From: Macrostomum lignano
Taxonomy: Eukaryota
Assembly (NCBI GenBank): GCA_002269645.1
Contig: NIVC01001361.1
Span: 1-64,000 of the forward strand
Reading direction: 5' to 3'
Length of the DNA stretch: 64,000 nucleotides
Shown: positions 35,469-55,743 of the stretch, in pieces
Position numbering within the stretch: the stretch's first letter is position 1
Layout: each line of letters starts with the position of its first letter
Program-made: the position numbers and the translations under genes
Notes under the pieces: model-generated
What the model saw: only the letters and a program-made list of their open reading frames with translations
Told to the model about the DNA's origin: nothing
The model's database searches: none

Positions 35469-36810
35469 GTTTGCGTTTCAATTTTTGGTTATAGAGAAAA
35501 TTTGCGGAGAGCGGAATACAAAATCGCTGTGGAATTGATTGTAGAGGGGCAGAGAATTAAACAAGTAAGCGCACAGTTAAACAGTGTTAGTTTCTAAGTT
35601 ACGACGGTAGCTAAGCCTAGTCCAGTTAAAACAGGTCTATAGATTCGTACAGAATTTCTCTCCTTAAAAAGCCGACACGCGGAGAGGAGACGCACAACTG
35701 GAGGGCGAGGCAAGGGGAGAGAGAGGGCTTGCAGACATGCCCAGTGTACTGCACAGTCATTCCGTCGTCAAGCGGGGCATAAGGGCGGGGCGCGGCAACC
35801 AGTTCTCATGGGCAGGCTAAAAATAGAACAAAAATATCTTCGGTTTACAGCCGGCGCAGGGAAAGAGGGATTTCCATGGCGTTTTCAACTGTACGCACAG
35901 GCAGTCCTCAACATGTACTTTCTATCTAACCAAAAGCAGGCGCTCACGAAGCAGCAACGTGCTATGCCTAAATAAGGCAACGTCTAGTGACGCGGGTTTA
36001 ACGTTCCACTCAACCCTTTCGCGTCATCGCCCTCGCTCCAAACAACTGGAGCCAAATTATGCAAAGGCGTTCCGGTTTTATAGCGAACCGAATTTTTGCT
36101 TCATTTGCTTGGCTGAATCAATTTAATGCAGATATTTTAGTTAAGAATATTCGATGGAATGATGACACTACATACAAAATTAGACCTTAACAAGTTTGAA
36201 CAAAATCGGATGAGCCATTTTTGCTAAAATCGATTGCGCACAAACAAGATTTTCATTTTTAGTATATAGGATAAGGCATAGATATCATAAGAATACTGTT
36301 AAAAATACCATTGAAAAAATTGGCAGAGCTGACCAATGTAAATATTGTAATTTATGTGCTACAATTAGCAATAGACCCAAGGGACCCGCCTAGCACAGTG
36401 GAAGTAGATTAAATTGGTTGAGTAGCCTTTTCAAAGCCACTAGCCTGGGAATAACAACTGTCTCCTAGTTGCTGATGATACTCTGGGTACTGGCTTTATT
36501 GTGGCAAAGGGGTTTGTGCAGACAGCTGTCTGGTGTGAATTAAAAAATGCTGGCTAAACTTTAGCCGCTAAATACTCAATTGTGTCTGCAGCAAATGAAA
36601 AGAAGACTGGCAAACTTTAAGACCATCTGGCATAATTTTATCCTTGGCCACAATAGGAGGTATACTGGTACCAACTAAAAATTCTGTATAATTACTTGTA
36701 CTAATTAATAATATATATAGATTGATTACACCCACCCTAATGGCCAGATGTGCAACCGACAGCTCAGCCGCAGCTATTGCGCGTGCGCGGACGCATCTGA
36801 AGGCTGCGTA

Positions 36811-37022
36811 CGGCTGTTCAGTCCAAGGACTGGGGGGTCGCCACACACACCCTCAATTACCCCATCTAATGCTGGCACCCATCTTATAGCTGGGTGAACT
36901 GAAGCAATGCAGAGTTAAGTGTATTTATTGCTCAAGGACACAAATTGTTCCAGTGAAATCGGGAATCGAACCACTGACCTTTCAGTCGTAAATCCTATGC
37001 TCTAACCACTAGGCTACAACTC
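36811..37022 (-). mobile_element. tRNA-derived SINE copy 2
   Basis: Colinear with 17117-17330 (GTTCAGTCCAAGGACTGG...GCTCAAGGACACAAATTGTTCC...GGGAATCGAACC...CTCTAACCACTAGGCTACAAC). Confidence 0.85.
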
Positions 37023-37055
37023 CCTACTAGTGTATTAGGCCCTATAGAAATAACG

Positions 37056-37935
37056 ATGGGTGTTCCGAAATCTAAGGGATTTTTGCCATTGAATTCAGGT
37101 GCTTCGTGTCATTGCTTTGAAACTTTACACTTTATAAATGAACATACCATTGTGCTTCGTATCAAATTTCATCTAAATTGAAACATTGATTGTCTAGCTA
37201 AGCTAAATTCCGTAAGCTACCTTTTCAGCCAAGATTCAAACTGTTAAAAATTCCTAACGAGCCACCATGTTTTTCTTCTAGAATGAAAGGATGAAGGCAG
37301 CTGAAATCACCCACCGCCTGCACCGCTGTCTTTGGTGATGATGCCAAATCACGAGCTACTGTTTACAGGTGGATGGATTGGTTTAAGTCTGGCCAGGAGT
37401 CCTTGGAAGACGAGACAAAGTGTGGCAGACCACGCACCACGTCACTTTCCAAGGAAACAAAATCAGCTGGTAGCCGACATGGCAATGGAGGACATGCAAT
37501 TTACTGTTCGCGAGACGAAATTGATTACTGTTGTGGCATCGGTGTAGCACGCGTTCAGGCGATTCTGCATGCCGAGTTGCAGTTGAGCAAGCTGTCAGCC
37601 AAATTGATGGCTTGGCTGTTGCACATCCACCAGAAGCACGAGCAAGCTGACACGTGCAAACACCTGCTGACTCTGGCTGAGAAGTATGACGAAGCATTCT
37701 CACTGTGGATTCTCACAGTGCATCGTCACTGTGGACGAGACCTGGCTCACATACTACAATCCGGAAACCAAGGGGCAGTCACGTGAGTGGCCCAGGCCAA
37801 AAGAAGGCCACTTTAATTAGCTTTGACTTCCTTGATTCAGGCTGCAAAGTCAATGCTGCTTACTATGCTGACTTACTGAGTGGGCCACTTTGCCAAATTA
37901 TTCAAAACAAATATAGAAACTTGTTAGGAAATTAA
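37056..37935 (+). pseudogene. Decayed mariner (DD34D-type) transposase remnant
   Basis: Frameshifted fragments W..WFKSGQESLEDETKCGRPRT and IVTVDETWLTYYNPETKGQSREW (mariner motifs ED..RSGRP and TGDETW..YDPE.K.QS..W); mariner-like left end GGGTGTTCCGAAA. Confidence 0.8.
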
Positions 37936-37967
37936 GTCTTTTTATTAGATGATATGCACAAAGGGCC

Positions 37968-38295
37968 TGTCAACTGAAGCTTATAAAGTGGAGCCTGAGT
38001 AACCTATCTATACAAATGATGTCATTCTGTTCACAATGATGCAAAGAAGCTGGGTTTGGCAAGTGACAAAAAATCGACTTTGGATAGATGAGAAAAAGCA
38101 AGGGGATGAATTTAGAGACTCTTTATGAGCTTAAGTTAACATAATAGTTACCTAATACCTCCTTGCTTGTTCTCCAACTCTAATTTTTGTCACTTTTTTG
38201 CCAAACCCTGCTTTCTGGTGTTACTGTAAGTAGAATGACATATCATTTGTGTATATAGGTTACTTGGGCTCCACTTTAAGAGCTTAAGTTGACAT
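37968..38295. mobile_element. Foldback/MITE with ~105-bp diverged inverted arms
   Basis: TGTCAACTGAAGCTTATAAAGTGGAGCC...GGGTTTGGCAAGTGACAAAAA versus its near reverse complement TTTTTGTCAC...GGCTCCACTTTAAGAGCTTAAGTTGACA. Confidence 0.75.
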
Positions 38296-40629
38296 GCCTT
38301 TTTAATTTTATACTGTCACTGACCTTCAAAAGGTCATATGACCATATGTTTACATAAAACCTAGCCAACTTGGCTATCTGACCAAGTGAAAAAGTAGACA
38401 AGGCAAACATTGCACAACTGATCAATAAATTATAAGTCTATAGAAACACTCAACCCTTGAGCAATATATATTTTTAATTACTTGAACATTTTACTTACCT
38501 TTGTTTAAATATCTTAATTAGCTTCCTATATACTAAAATATAGTTATAATTATAGGCCATACTAGCAAGGATTTGCCATAAATTTTTTCAAAGTTGACAA
38601 TCAATAAAAGTTAAAGAATCCCAAGAATCTCAAAAATTATAAAATCATTAATGTTTTAAATGGTTGACAATGGTTTTTTCCATGCTTAGGCAAACCTTGG
38701 GATTATTTGCAATACAAGCTGTTGAAACCCGCAGCTTCTCCTCTCTGCTTTCTTATCTCCTCTCTACTCTTTTATCTCATTGCTTTTCTGTCTCTCTCTT
38801 CTCATCTCTACTCTCTCCTCTTGCTTCTCTCACCCCTTGTTTTGTCCCTCCCTCCTTTCACCCCTTCTTCCATCACCTTTCCTCTCACTTCTTTCTCCTC
38901 CCTTTTTTCCTTTTCTCTTCTTACCCCTTGTTTTGTCTCTTATCTTCTATCTTTTCTCTTATCCCTATCTCACCTCTCTTCTCTTCTAATAGTTTATTCT
39001 TTCTCCTTTCTACTTTCATCTGACCTACAACCATGAGCTGGATTCTTTGTCTGGCCTTAGGGGCGCCAACTTCTGCCTGATAGAACCGGATCTGTTTGCC
39101 AATTAGTCTCTGTCAGGACTGCCTGACTTTCATAGGTAAAAATCTGCCAATCCCTACTTCAAAAGCCAGTTTTTGGGATTTAACTCTCATGGTTGTTTCA
39201 TTCCGTCTGCAGTTGGCTAACTGATTTGATCATGTCATCTTTTTGGCCAATTTGCAGCCCTGAAAGGAATTTGTGTACCTCTAGATCTACCACAGTCTGT
39301 AGCAGTCTAACAACCAAGGAAATATACATTTTTAGGAGGCCATTTAAATTTTAACTTATTAAAGTACCTCTGAAGTGACACTTATTGTTAATTTTTTCAT
39401 GGTGTAACTAATTTTGAAGGATTGTATTGTAATTGCTAAATTGGTTATTATTCATTAATTTTACAAACAAAACCATGCCGCATTGCCTTGATTTTCCATC
39501 TACTTATTAAACTGCTGCAGACTTGACTATAATAGAAGACCATGGTTGAAATTGCTCACTAAACTGTCATGGCTAAATGTAGCCTCTCCACGCATGGATA
39601 GCAGAGAAGGCTATAAAAATAAAGCTATTTCAAAACACTGTACATTTGCTATGTACACTGAGCCCTATTGCCTGACCCTTGGTTTGGACTGGGGGCATTT
39701 GGGGGAATGAGTGAGTGAGTGGCACAAACAATAGAAAAAGTAGACAAACTTCACATGCTAACAGTTTCTGTTCTGATAGAGTTACACAGTTGAGACTTTA
39801 CATTTAGGCAAAGAATAAGTCAATGAAGAATTGTCAATTTTTAAGTCAAGCGCTTCATATGGAGCAAACTTATGGCAGCCAAAAGTTAGTCAATTTTTAA
39901 ACTTCCTTCTATACATCTAGCTAGATAAAGGGGATTCAAGGGAAGGCGAAGGTTGGGGTGGCAGCCTTGCTATAAAAAGCAGCCTAACTTTTTTAAAGTG
40001 CATAGCACTATTCAGGATTAACTTTGAGACTAAATTTTACACAATTGTGTCAAAATAGTTAAAGATTGATTGTGCCAAATTGGAAGAGGATTGGTAGAAG
40101 TAGAGTGGCACTATGTAGAATTGAGTGAAAAAATCATGCATTTTGAGCAGTTTTTTGCACTTTTAGATAGGAAGACTTGAGTCTAGGAAATTTTAAAGTA
40201 GCCTAAGACATTTTTCCTAGTTAGTTTAGGGTGGGTGCAAGATTTGGTGTGATTTGGTTGAGCGGTTTGGGAGTCCATAGCAAACAAAATTGTCAATAGA
40301 CACATACAGAGTTTTGGTTTTTATAGGTAGAGATTAGTCATATTACTATTCTAAGCCAATATCAACTTACATGTATATATTGCCAATAGAAATGGCTATG
40401 TGATTCTCAAGGTTATGCATAATGCAATTTTGTCTATTAAATTTTATTTGGCATAACGTTCTGTTTAGGGGTTGGACAATATAAAACTTTCAAGATTTTA
40501 AGACCCAAGATCTATACTTTCAAGATAATCAAGATTCAATTGAGATTTGAGATTAGGCCTAATTTGCATCTAGAAGGTGTATTTATTTATACTATTTTAT
40601 CTTGTTTTTATAATATTGTTACTTATTTT

Positions 40630-40800
40630 TAGCTTCATACATGCGCAACCTTGGGAATCACTTGGCCGTTTCTATTGGCAACACACACATATAAGTCACT
40701 ATTGGCTAAGGGTAGTCATGTGACTACTATTCCATCTAATAGCAACTTATATGTATGTGTTGCCAATAGAAATGGCCGGGTGAATCCCTAGATTGTGCCC
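40630..40800. mobile_element. Palindromic ~165-bp MITE, degraded copy (half copy also at ~40340-40410)
   Basis: Colinear with the better-preserved palindrome at 41858-42020. Confidence 0.75.
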
Positions 40801-41857
40801 AAGGATGTTTAGCTTGTTTCTAGTTTGCTTCACAATTTTATTTTAAAGCTTAAATGGAGCAGTAGCTAGAGTTAATAAATAGAGCAATAGATAAAGTAGT
40901 AAAAGTAGCAATAGATAGAGCAATAGATAAAGCAGTAAAAAGAGCTAGAGGCTAGAATATTTTCTGATACCATTTCCTATCTCTTTTGGTCAGACATCAT
41001 TTTCTATTATAGCACTATATTGTAATAACAATTTAAACTAAAAAATAATATCAAGAAACAAAACTGGAAGATTGCTATAACAATATAATATTAGTCACAA
41101 ATAGTCAATTGCAAATCTTGACATTCTTTAAGATCTTGAAACCAAGATTAAGATTTTTAAGGAATTGGTACCTTAATGATTGAGATTGACATCTTGTTTA
41201 ACCCTTATTTTTTGTCTATCATAATATAGGCTAGGCCTATCTACTAATTTTAATGGCACTTGTTATTTGTCTAGTTAAATTGATAATGCTAAAATATCTA
41301 TTTCATAGAAACTACAAGGGTGAATATTCCTAGACTTCAAAGACTTCTTACTCATATTTTGATTATTATGTTGTTATACTAGTATGTCTTATGTACCAAA
41401 TTATGATAAATTGGAAGGCTACACTACTTTGCTTATACTAGTATACAACAAAATATTAATCAGTATGCAAGAAAAGGTCTTAAAAATCAGGTGATGGTCA
41501 TTTTGTCAACTGGTGTTTTGTCTACTCAGTTGACAAAGTGACTAAAATTTTCATTATATAAATGATACACATATGTAGCTGATATAGCTGCATAATCTTC
41601 TATAGCTTACAATTATTGTTATATCGATGACTTGTTTTATAAATTGCCTTATTTTTAAAACAAATAAATTTTGCAATTATTCAATACCAGACTGCATTTC
41701 CATTAGGTTAAATGTTTCAATGCAAATATTCTATGCAAATGCGTCACCCATACGCACTTATACCCATGCATCTGGGCATTAATGAATCTTGAGTATTTGT
41801 GTGTTGTGACCATACATGCAACTATGTAACATGGGTATTTCTCCATTTCACATATAC

Positions 41858-42020
41858 GTGCACAACTTTGGGATTCACCCAGCCATTTCTATTGGCAACA
41901 CACGCATGTAAGTCGCTATTGGACAGAACAGTAGTCACATGACTGCTCTCAGCCAATAGTGACTTACATGCGTGTGTTGCCAATAGAAACGGCCGGGTGA
42001 ATCCCAAGGTTGCGCCCAAA
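41858..42020. mobile_element. Palindromic ~165-bp MITE
   Basis: GGGATTCACCCAGCCATTTCTATTGGCAACACACGCATGTAAGTC...GACTTACATGCGTGTGTTGCCAATAGAAACGGCCGGGTGAATCCC is nearly self-complementary. Confidence 0.8.
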
Positions 42021-44216
42021 CATGATTTCACACATTTCAAACATATGAGCACATTATATTTTGTTAGTACATGTACAAGCATATAACAAGAGATGCATCT
42101 ATCAAAAGCCAGCAGATGTTGCAGAAGGGTATGAATATTAATTAGCCTGTCAACTTAGTCTTTTTTGGTTTAGTTTTACTATTTTGCAGCTGCAAGGGGG
42201 TAGTTTATTGGCAGTTGACAAAGTGGCCAATGTTGGGAAACTCCCTGTTAGCCATTTGACAAAGTGACCAAGGTTTGAGATTGTTTCATTGGCTAGTTGA
42301 TGAAACGACCAGTGATAAAACCGAGTTGAAGAAATGGCTAGTTGATGAAACGCCAGTTGACGAAATGATTAGGATCCTAAAAATCTAGAATATTTATCAC
42401 GAAAGAAATAGATACTTGTGTTAGCAATTTAACTGGACAAATAGCAAAAAGGCTTTTCATCTGGTCACCAGACAAATAACAACTGCCAATTTTAATAGCA
42501 AGTCAATTTGCCAAAAGTTGATTTATCAAAAGTAGGTTGTTTTGCCAACAAAAAGTTGTTTTATTTGCTAAACATATAAACATAATTTATTCATCTTAAT
42601 ATATGTTTGTTTGTTTATTTAGCATAAAGTTTTAAATATTAAAATTAGTCAAAGACTTTGTTTATAAATAAATAAAGAAGGTAAAAAACTAAAATATTAA
42701 ATGTTAAAAAAATTTCAATTAATCCATAACTGATCTGTCCTAGGCCTATATAATATTAAAGTAGAGCTTAGCTCTAGGCATATAAGAGCTGCTAAAAAGT
42801 TTGATTTTAATACTCATGACTTAGCCTAATAGTAGAAAAAACTAGTGTCATAATGAATCTATAATTACAATAGGCCTAATTAATCATTAGTTATAAAGGG
42901 GCAAAAAAGGGGATAGGTAAAGGTGGCTATTAGAACTAGGCCTATAAAATGAAAAAGTAGATGATTATCATAATAACAACTAAAAAATTAAACTTAAGAT
43001 CTTTAGCATGTGCCTAACTATTTTATCATAGGCTAGGGCCATTCTAATAGACACAAACTACATTGAGTATCGTCTCCAAACTATCCTGAGAATTGTCTTT
43101 TATCTATAATGAGAATCATCTTTAAACTACCCTAAAAAGTAGGGCCTATCTCTAAACAACCCCAAGATGGTGATTGATACTTGAGACTAGGGCCTATTGC
43201 ATATATTGCAATTCCAATTGATAGATATCAGTTTAAGGAGTTTACCAATTAAGTTTATGGCAAACAAATAGGTTTTTAGCTAATTGTCTGACTCTGAGGC
43301 CTATTAGCATTAGGCCTAGGCTAATATTTTTAATTTGTAGTTATTTTATTTGACATGAAATTTTTGGCCTATAAATAAGCTATATATTAAATAAATAATC
43401 AGACAATCTATCAAATAAACACTTTGTTGAAAAATATATTATATTTAATTAAATAGAAAGACAATTTATTGAATTTAGTATCTAGATGAACTGTTGACGT
43501 TGTTAGGCTTTCGCCTATGTTGAAAAGACAATAAAAAATGTGACTAATAAATTGAAAAGTTGTTGAATGAATAGCAAAATGTCTCTCCCTCTTTGAAGAG
43601 GCAACAAAGAAAGGAGTTTTTAATAAACTAGATTTACATGTAGCTTTTTCAGTTTTGACCTTGTACAGTTGCTAAAAATATTCTAAGAAAAAAAATAAGC
43701 ATTAGACTTAAAAGCCTTTTTGGGCCCCTTGGTACTCCTTACTCACTTAAAATATGTTTCTAGGCATAGAAAAGCATTTAAATTAGAAAAACCTTGTAGA
43801 ACATAGAAAAGAACCTTCGCTGTGTAAATCGATAGCAAATTGGCGTCGTCAGTCTGTCTGTCAGCGTGAAGTCAGTTTAGCACGACGTTAGATTTAAATT
43901 TAGTTGGTTTTTAACAAAGAAAGCAAATATAAAGGTAAAGCGAGGCTTTAGTGATAAAGTCTATAATAAATACGTAATTTTTTGTAAGCCTAAAAATTAA
44001 AAGTGGGCTTTAATGTATCAGGAAAGTTTGAGTTAGAGTCAATGAAAGTATTTAACCTTCGAGTAGAACATGGTTTTAAAAAGCGCTTAGACATACTGGT
44101 TATAATACACAATTCTAGTGGTAGCTAATTATTAAGTCCAATTCAGTGTAAAATTTCCTGTGTCAGGGATTCTTAGAACCATTTATATTTCGGAACAGTG
44201 AAATCGACGATAAAAA

Positions 44217-45129
44217 ATGGCTTTGATTGACTTGAGCCCAGGTAAGTAAGTAAGCTACAATAATTTCATAACAATTGATAACAAATTGATTAAAATAAAT
44301 AAATCCTAAATTATTATGTGTATTTATTTAGGACCGCCGTATCTGCTATTACTTCCTAAAAACATTTTGGGTGAAAACTTAGCTTAGTAAATAATTTGAA
44401 TAATACACATTGAAATGAAATGCTTATTAGGACAAATTCCATAGGCATTTTTTCTTTGATAATTTTATAGCCCTTGCTACTATGCAGGAATACTTGTAGG
44501 CTTATTCGAATAGCTAGCTGAAAATAGCCGTGTCTATGTATTGTGCGCAGGACACAGCTCTGCCAAGACTGCGGACCTTTAGAAACATCGTGTGTTTCCC
44601 TAAAATATGTACCATCACCATGACCACCAGACTGCCCCTTTGACTCATGCTTTTTAAGATAAGAAAGTTCTATTATTTTCAATTATGAACCAACTCATTT
44701 ATATGCAGTAACATAAAAAAACAACCATCATTTTCAACTTTCAGAAAAAATAACGAAGATAGAGTTGTCCAGTTTCTGTGAGCAAATGGATCAGATGTAC
44801 TTTCTTCCCGAAGAAGACGGATCTCAGCGCCGCAGGCCAGCAGCAGTTCCAAGTGCAGCAACGAATCCGAGCTCCGCTCAAGCACGAGCTGAAAGACTCT
44901 CCGTATTGGGACTTGTCTCCGCTATCGACGCGGTGCAGTCGGTAGGAAGGGATCGAATCAATATAGTGCCTGCATGGTATTATTTCTGACATCAAATTTC
45001 AATGCAGTAATCTCGTGCATTCATAAATACCAAAGGAAATTGACGGCGCAGTCGATTCGCCTCGGACTGAAGAGCCGCAACTGCTGCCAGCTCACACCGC
45101 TGCCAGGCAGTTCTCATCGATAAACTTGT
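44217..45129 (+). CDS. Possible upstream exons or a separate small gene (unresolved)
   Basis: ATG GCT TTG ATT GAC TTG AGC CCA G|GTAAGT at 44217-44241, an acceptor at 44331, and GC-richer exon-like blocks at ~44744-44941 and ~45015-45129. I could not build a phase-consistent chain. Confidence 0.3.
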
Positions 45130-45557
45130 AAGCCAGTCCAAGCCAAGGATCACTGCAGTATAGCAGGACGGAAAACTGAAAGATCATGTAATTTTTTGGA
45201 GGCCAATTTCCTGCGAAGACAAAAATAAAATAATACGAAAATTGAACTTTAACTACACAGCTAGCGGCTGCATAAAAAATAACATAGTAACATGTGCATT
45301 TTAACTTAAAAGAATGGTCTAACCTTCACTGCCAAGATCAAACGCAATATCATTGATTATGTGATGAAAAGATAGATTTTTTCCTCCGCAATGTATTTTT
45401 TCTAGGAAATTGGACTCCACAGAATTACACAATCTTTGAGTTTTACGCCCTGTTATACTTACAGTGGTCCTTGACCTGAGCCCCGGATTTTGTCTTCAAA
45501 TTTCTTTGACTCCATATTTTTCGATTCTTTTGACTGTACACTTCTATCGGAGAGAAG

Positions 45558-45635
45558 TCTACCTACCTACCTACCTACCTACCTACCTACCTACCTACCT
45601 ACCTACCTACCTACCTACCTACCTACCTACCTACC
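45558..45635. repeat. (CTAC)n microsatellite
   Basis: About 19 perfect CTAC units just upstream of the acceptor at 45651. Confidence 0.95.
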
Positions 45636-45664
45636 TTACCTATCTACTCAGTAACCCGCTGCCG

Positions 45665-52332
<6,668 letters not shown>

Positions 52333-52383
52333 GGATCACAATTTGCAATTTTTTAATTATCCCACTTGTGGGTTAGCGAAAAT

Positions 52384-52822
52384 CACAAATTACTAGAATA
52401 ACTAGATGGGCCGCTCAGCACATTTGCTGTAAGCTACTTTCAGTTCAGTAGTAAGTTAAACAGAAGTATTTTAACGTATTTTTAAAGCCAAGGCTCATTT
52501 ATTGGCTCTTAACCCTTAAACCCTCCAACCGCGCCTTTCCACACTACCCCCCTCGCCCCGCCCCAATTTTTATTGCCTTTCTCGGAATTCCAGTCTAAAG
52601 CTGCCATGTACATTTCAGTGGACTGGCTAATGTACATTATTGCTGAACCAATTAGCAAGCTGTTTACGCATGCAAGCTTGGCTTCTAAACTTATCGTCGT
52701 TTCAGCTGGCTTTATTTTTATAAATAGCTTATGTATTCTTCTTTGCTACTGAACTGAAAGTAGAAGCTGTTTAACTAAGCATATATGCCTGAGTGGCCCA
52801 TCCAGTCATTTTAGTATCTGTG
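52384..52822. mobile_element. MITE family A copy 2 (inverted relative to copy 1)
   Basis: Same TIRs and interior as 492-924, in reverse orientation; degraded possible TSD GCGAAAAT / GCAAAAGA. Confidence 0.85.
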
Positions 52823-53119
52823 GCAAAAGATCTCATGTAATCATCTATCTAATTAATCTATTACTTTTGATATCGTGTATGCATAGATTTGAGAATGCGG
52901 ATAAATCTTTATCAACGGAATTTAAGAAACAATAAAGGCGGTGATGTATTGCTAATGGATTTATAATTGATGCCGACAAAAGGTGCCAAAGTGAGGCAAG
53001 GTCTTTGGCTACGTCATTTGGCTTGTCAATTAATCAAGACCTCAATTATTAGTCGCCTATTATCTGCAATTTATTTCTGCGACTTAATAACGAAAACTCT
53101 ACGAGTTTTTGGCTTATGA

Positions 53120-53670
53120 CTGCCACAATTTGACTGTCTGACTTTTGACTGCCACAATTTGACTGTCTGACTTTTGACTGCCACAATTTGACTGACTGAC
53201 TTTTGACTGCCACAATTTGACTGACTTTTGACTGCCACAATTTGACTGACTTTTGACTGCCACAATTTGACTGTCTGACTTTTGACTGCCACAATTTGAC
53301 TGACTTTTGACTGCCAAAATTTGAATGACTTTTGACTGCCACAATTTGACTGTCTGGCTTTTGACTGCCACAATTTGACTGTCTGACTTTTGACTGCCAC
53401 AATTTGATTGTCTGACTTTTGACTGCCACAATTTGATTGTCTGACTTTTGACTGCCACAATTTGATTGTCTGACTTTTGACTGCCACAATTTGACTGTCT
53501 GACTTTTGACTGCCACAATTTGACTGTCTGACTTTTGACTGCCACAATTTGATTGTCTGACTTTTGACTGCCACAATTTGATTGTCTGAGTTTTGACTAC
53601 CACAATTTGATTGCCTGACTTTTGACTGCCACAATTTGATTGTCTGACTTTTGACTGCCACAATTTGACA
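53120..53670. repeat. 30-bp minisatellite
   Basis: Unit TGACTGCCACAATTTGA(C/T)TGTCTGACTTT(T), about 19 copies. Confidence 0.95.
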
Positions 53671-54438
53671 CGGTGACAACATAGATTAGGATTCGGGTCG
53701 TGATTCTTAAGAGACGATGACGGTTACAAACTATACTCACACACAATTTACTTTGCAAGTATTTAGCAATCAACAGATAGAGTGCATCATTGTAAAAAAT
53801 AGAAAATGTAACGAAATTTTTCACTGCAAAATCGCAGCACAAAGCAATGATGTGCAGCTGAGAATGTCTAGTTATGCTGCCAATTATTATCTCTGCGCTG
53901 TGCTCAGAATGAGCTCTCTCCCGCATTCACTGCTCAACACTGCCGAACGAGCCCCCGACCCCAGTTCACAGACAACAAACTCTACCGAGAAGACAGAATG
54001 TGACGCGAATTTGGGCAGGGCGGGAGAACTAAACAGCCCAATGGAGTGTAGGGCGAATCTTTGAGTAGTTATTGAGAAAACACACTGCATGCTCAGGTCA
54101 ATCTCTCTGTGTCTGCCATTCGCTGCAGCCTCCACCCCGCACCGTGGAATGCAGAGGACAATTTTTATAATTTCCGAGGCTACAGCGGAGCCGCAGCTTT
54201 GCCTTCAGTCACAAAAATGAATTGCTAAGAACTTCGGCTGTCTTTCTATCTCTTTCTACCCCTCCCACACCACAGTATACAACAGAACAAAAAGCCTTCC
54301 ATCGGCAGAACAAAAACGCAGGGCGCACCGCGACACGCCCAGTCCGAGACAGAGAGAGATCGAGCTTGGCAACACAATCTTCAACTCGCACCTGAGCGGC
54401 ACAGAAGCAAGAAGCGCAGCAATCAGCAATCGGCAGGT

Positions 54439-55743
54439 ATGTCATCGGAAGCGGACACGGCCACCTTGGCCCGGCAGTGGATCGAGACTCACATAGCCCT
54501 GTTCGTGGTGATAGTGGTCTCCGCAGTGCTGTTAGTGGTCACAATCATTGTAGTGCTAGCGTACTGCTGCTGCTGTCGAAAGAAGCGTCGAGGAAGTTGG
54601 AGCGGCGGCGGCGGCGGCGGCGGCGGCGTCAAGAGCAGCAGCGGCGACAGCAGCTACGCCCAGGGGGACAGCGTGGACGCATCCTCAGCCGTAACAGCTA
54701 CGGCTCGCGGGCCAAACGTAGTGGAAATTAAAGTTGAGAATGAATACCACAACCAGCAGCGGCAGGGGTTCGACTATCAAGCGACAATTGGGTCGCCAGG
54801 AATTGAGCTGAGCCAAAAGGAGTCGGCCAGCGTAGAGGATGTCAGACTCCAGCAGTCGTCGCAAGCGGAGCTGCGCGCCGAGTTTCCTAACCTGCCGCAT
54901 CTGCCGAAGGGCGTCGAGGTGACCAAAGAAACGGAGCTGCGTCTGCACGACAAGCCGCTGGAGGAAGTGCAGGCCAATTTGACGGCCGCTGCGTACGCCT
55001 CGGCCGCCGCCTCCGCTTCCGGCTCGATTGGAGTCTCTGCCGACGTCGAACCCGCGAAGCTGGACGACTCGCTGCGACTGCCACGCACCGAGGTTGTGAT
55101 GCAGTCCGAGATCGAGCCGCAGCGCCAGCAGGCGCTGCGCTCCTCGCCAAAGAAGGCCGCCGCCCCGGCGCCGGCTGTTGTCATCGTTCCGCCCAAGACT
55201 GAACCGCAGCGGCGTATCCACGACGACCGTCCGTCACACGAGCATCGGCACGGCTCCAGCATCTACCAGAGCGATGACAATGAGATAACAATTGTGGACA
55301 GCGACTTCTCCGACTACGAGGACACCCCGGAGGACGAGTACAGAAAGCGGGAGAGGAAGATAAAGTCCCGAATCGGCGCCGCGCTGGACGCCAGCATCGA
55401 CATCGACGCCGGCGGCGAGGCCGACTTCGGCTGGGAGACGCTGCCGAACCAGTCGGTGACGGTGGATGAGGCGCCGGTCGTCGCGGTGGACAGACAGGGC
55501 GTGGAGTACATCCCGGCGCCGTCGCCGTCGTTGGAGGAGCAGCAGATGCGGCGGGTGGACAACCTCGCGGAGCTGGACCAGACGCTGGAAGTGTTTCAAA
55601 TCGAAGCAGACGCTGAAGCGGGCAGCAACGATGGCGTCGGCATCGGCGTCTCTGTCGGCGGACAGTTAGAATTCGGCGCCGATGTTGAACTGGTTGACGA
55701 GGAGACGATCGAGCCGCTGGACCGCAGCCAGGTGCCGCATTAA
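54439..55743 (+). CDS. Single-pass membrane orphan protein (434 aa) with a Cys cluster and a long acidic cytoplasmic tail
   Basis: Uninterrupted GC-rich ORF; TM IALFVVIVVSAVLLVVTIIVVLAY followed by CCCCRKKRR; no family recognised; upstream exons not excluded. Confidence 0.8.
   Translation: MSSEADTATLARQWIETHIALFVVIVVSAVLLVVTIIVVLAYCCCCRKKRRGSWSGGGGGGGGVKSSSGDSSYAQGDSVDASSAVTATARGPNVVEIKVENEYHNQQRQGFDYQATIGSPGIELSQKESASVEDVRLQQSSQAELRAEFPNLPHLPKGVEVTKETELRLHDKPLEEVQANLTAAAYASAAASASGSIGVSADVEPAKLDDSLRLPRTEVVMQSEIEPQRQQALRSSPKKAAAPAPAVVIVPPKTEPQRRIHDDRPSHEHRHGSSIYQSDDNEITIVDSDFSDYEDTPEDEYRKRERKIKSRIGAALDASIDIDAGGEADFGWETLPNQSVTVDEAPVVAVDRQGVEYIPAPSPSLEEQQMRRVDNLAELDQTLEVFQIEADAEAGSNDGVGIGVSVGGQLEFGADVELVDEETIEPLDRSQVPH

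Noticed and set aside
36140-36275. Helitron/HINE-like terminus (AAGTTTGAACAAAATCGGATGAGCC...TAGTATATAG)
   Set aside because: Reminiscent only; a single copy with no definable other end in the window.
38664-39036. Hydrophobic membrane-protein-like ORFs (also 22469-22657)
   Set aside because: Translations of CT-rich low-complexity DNA.
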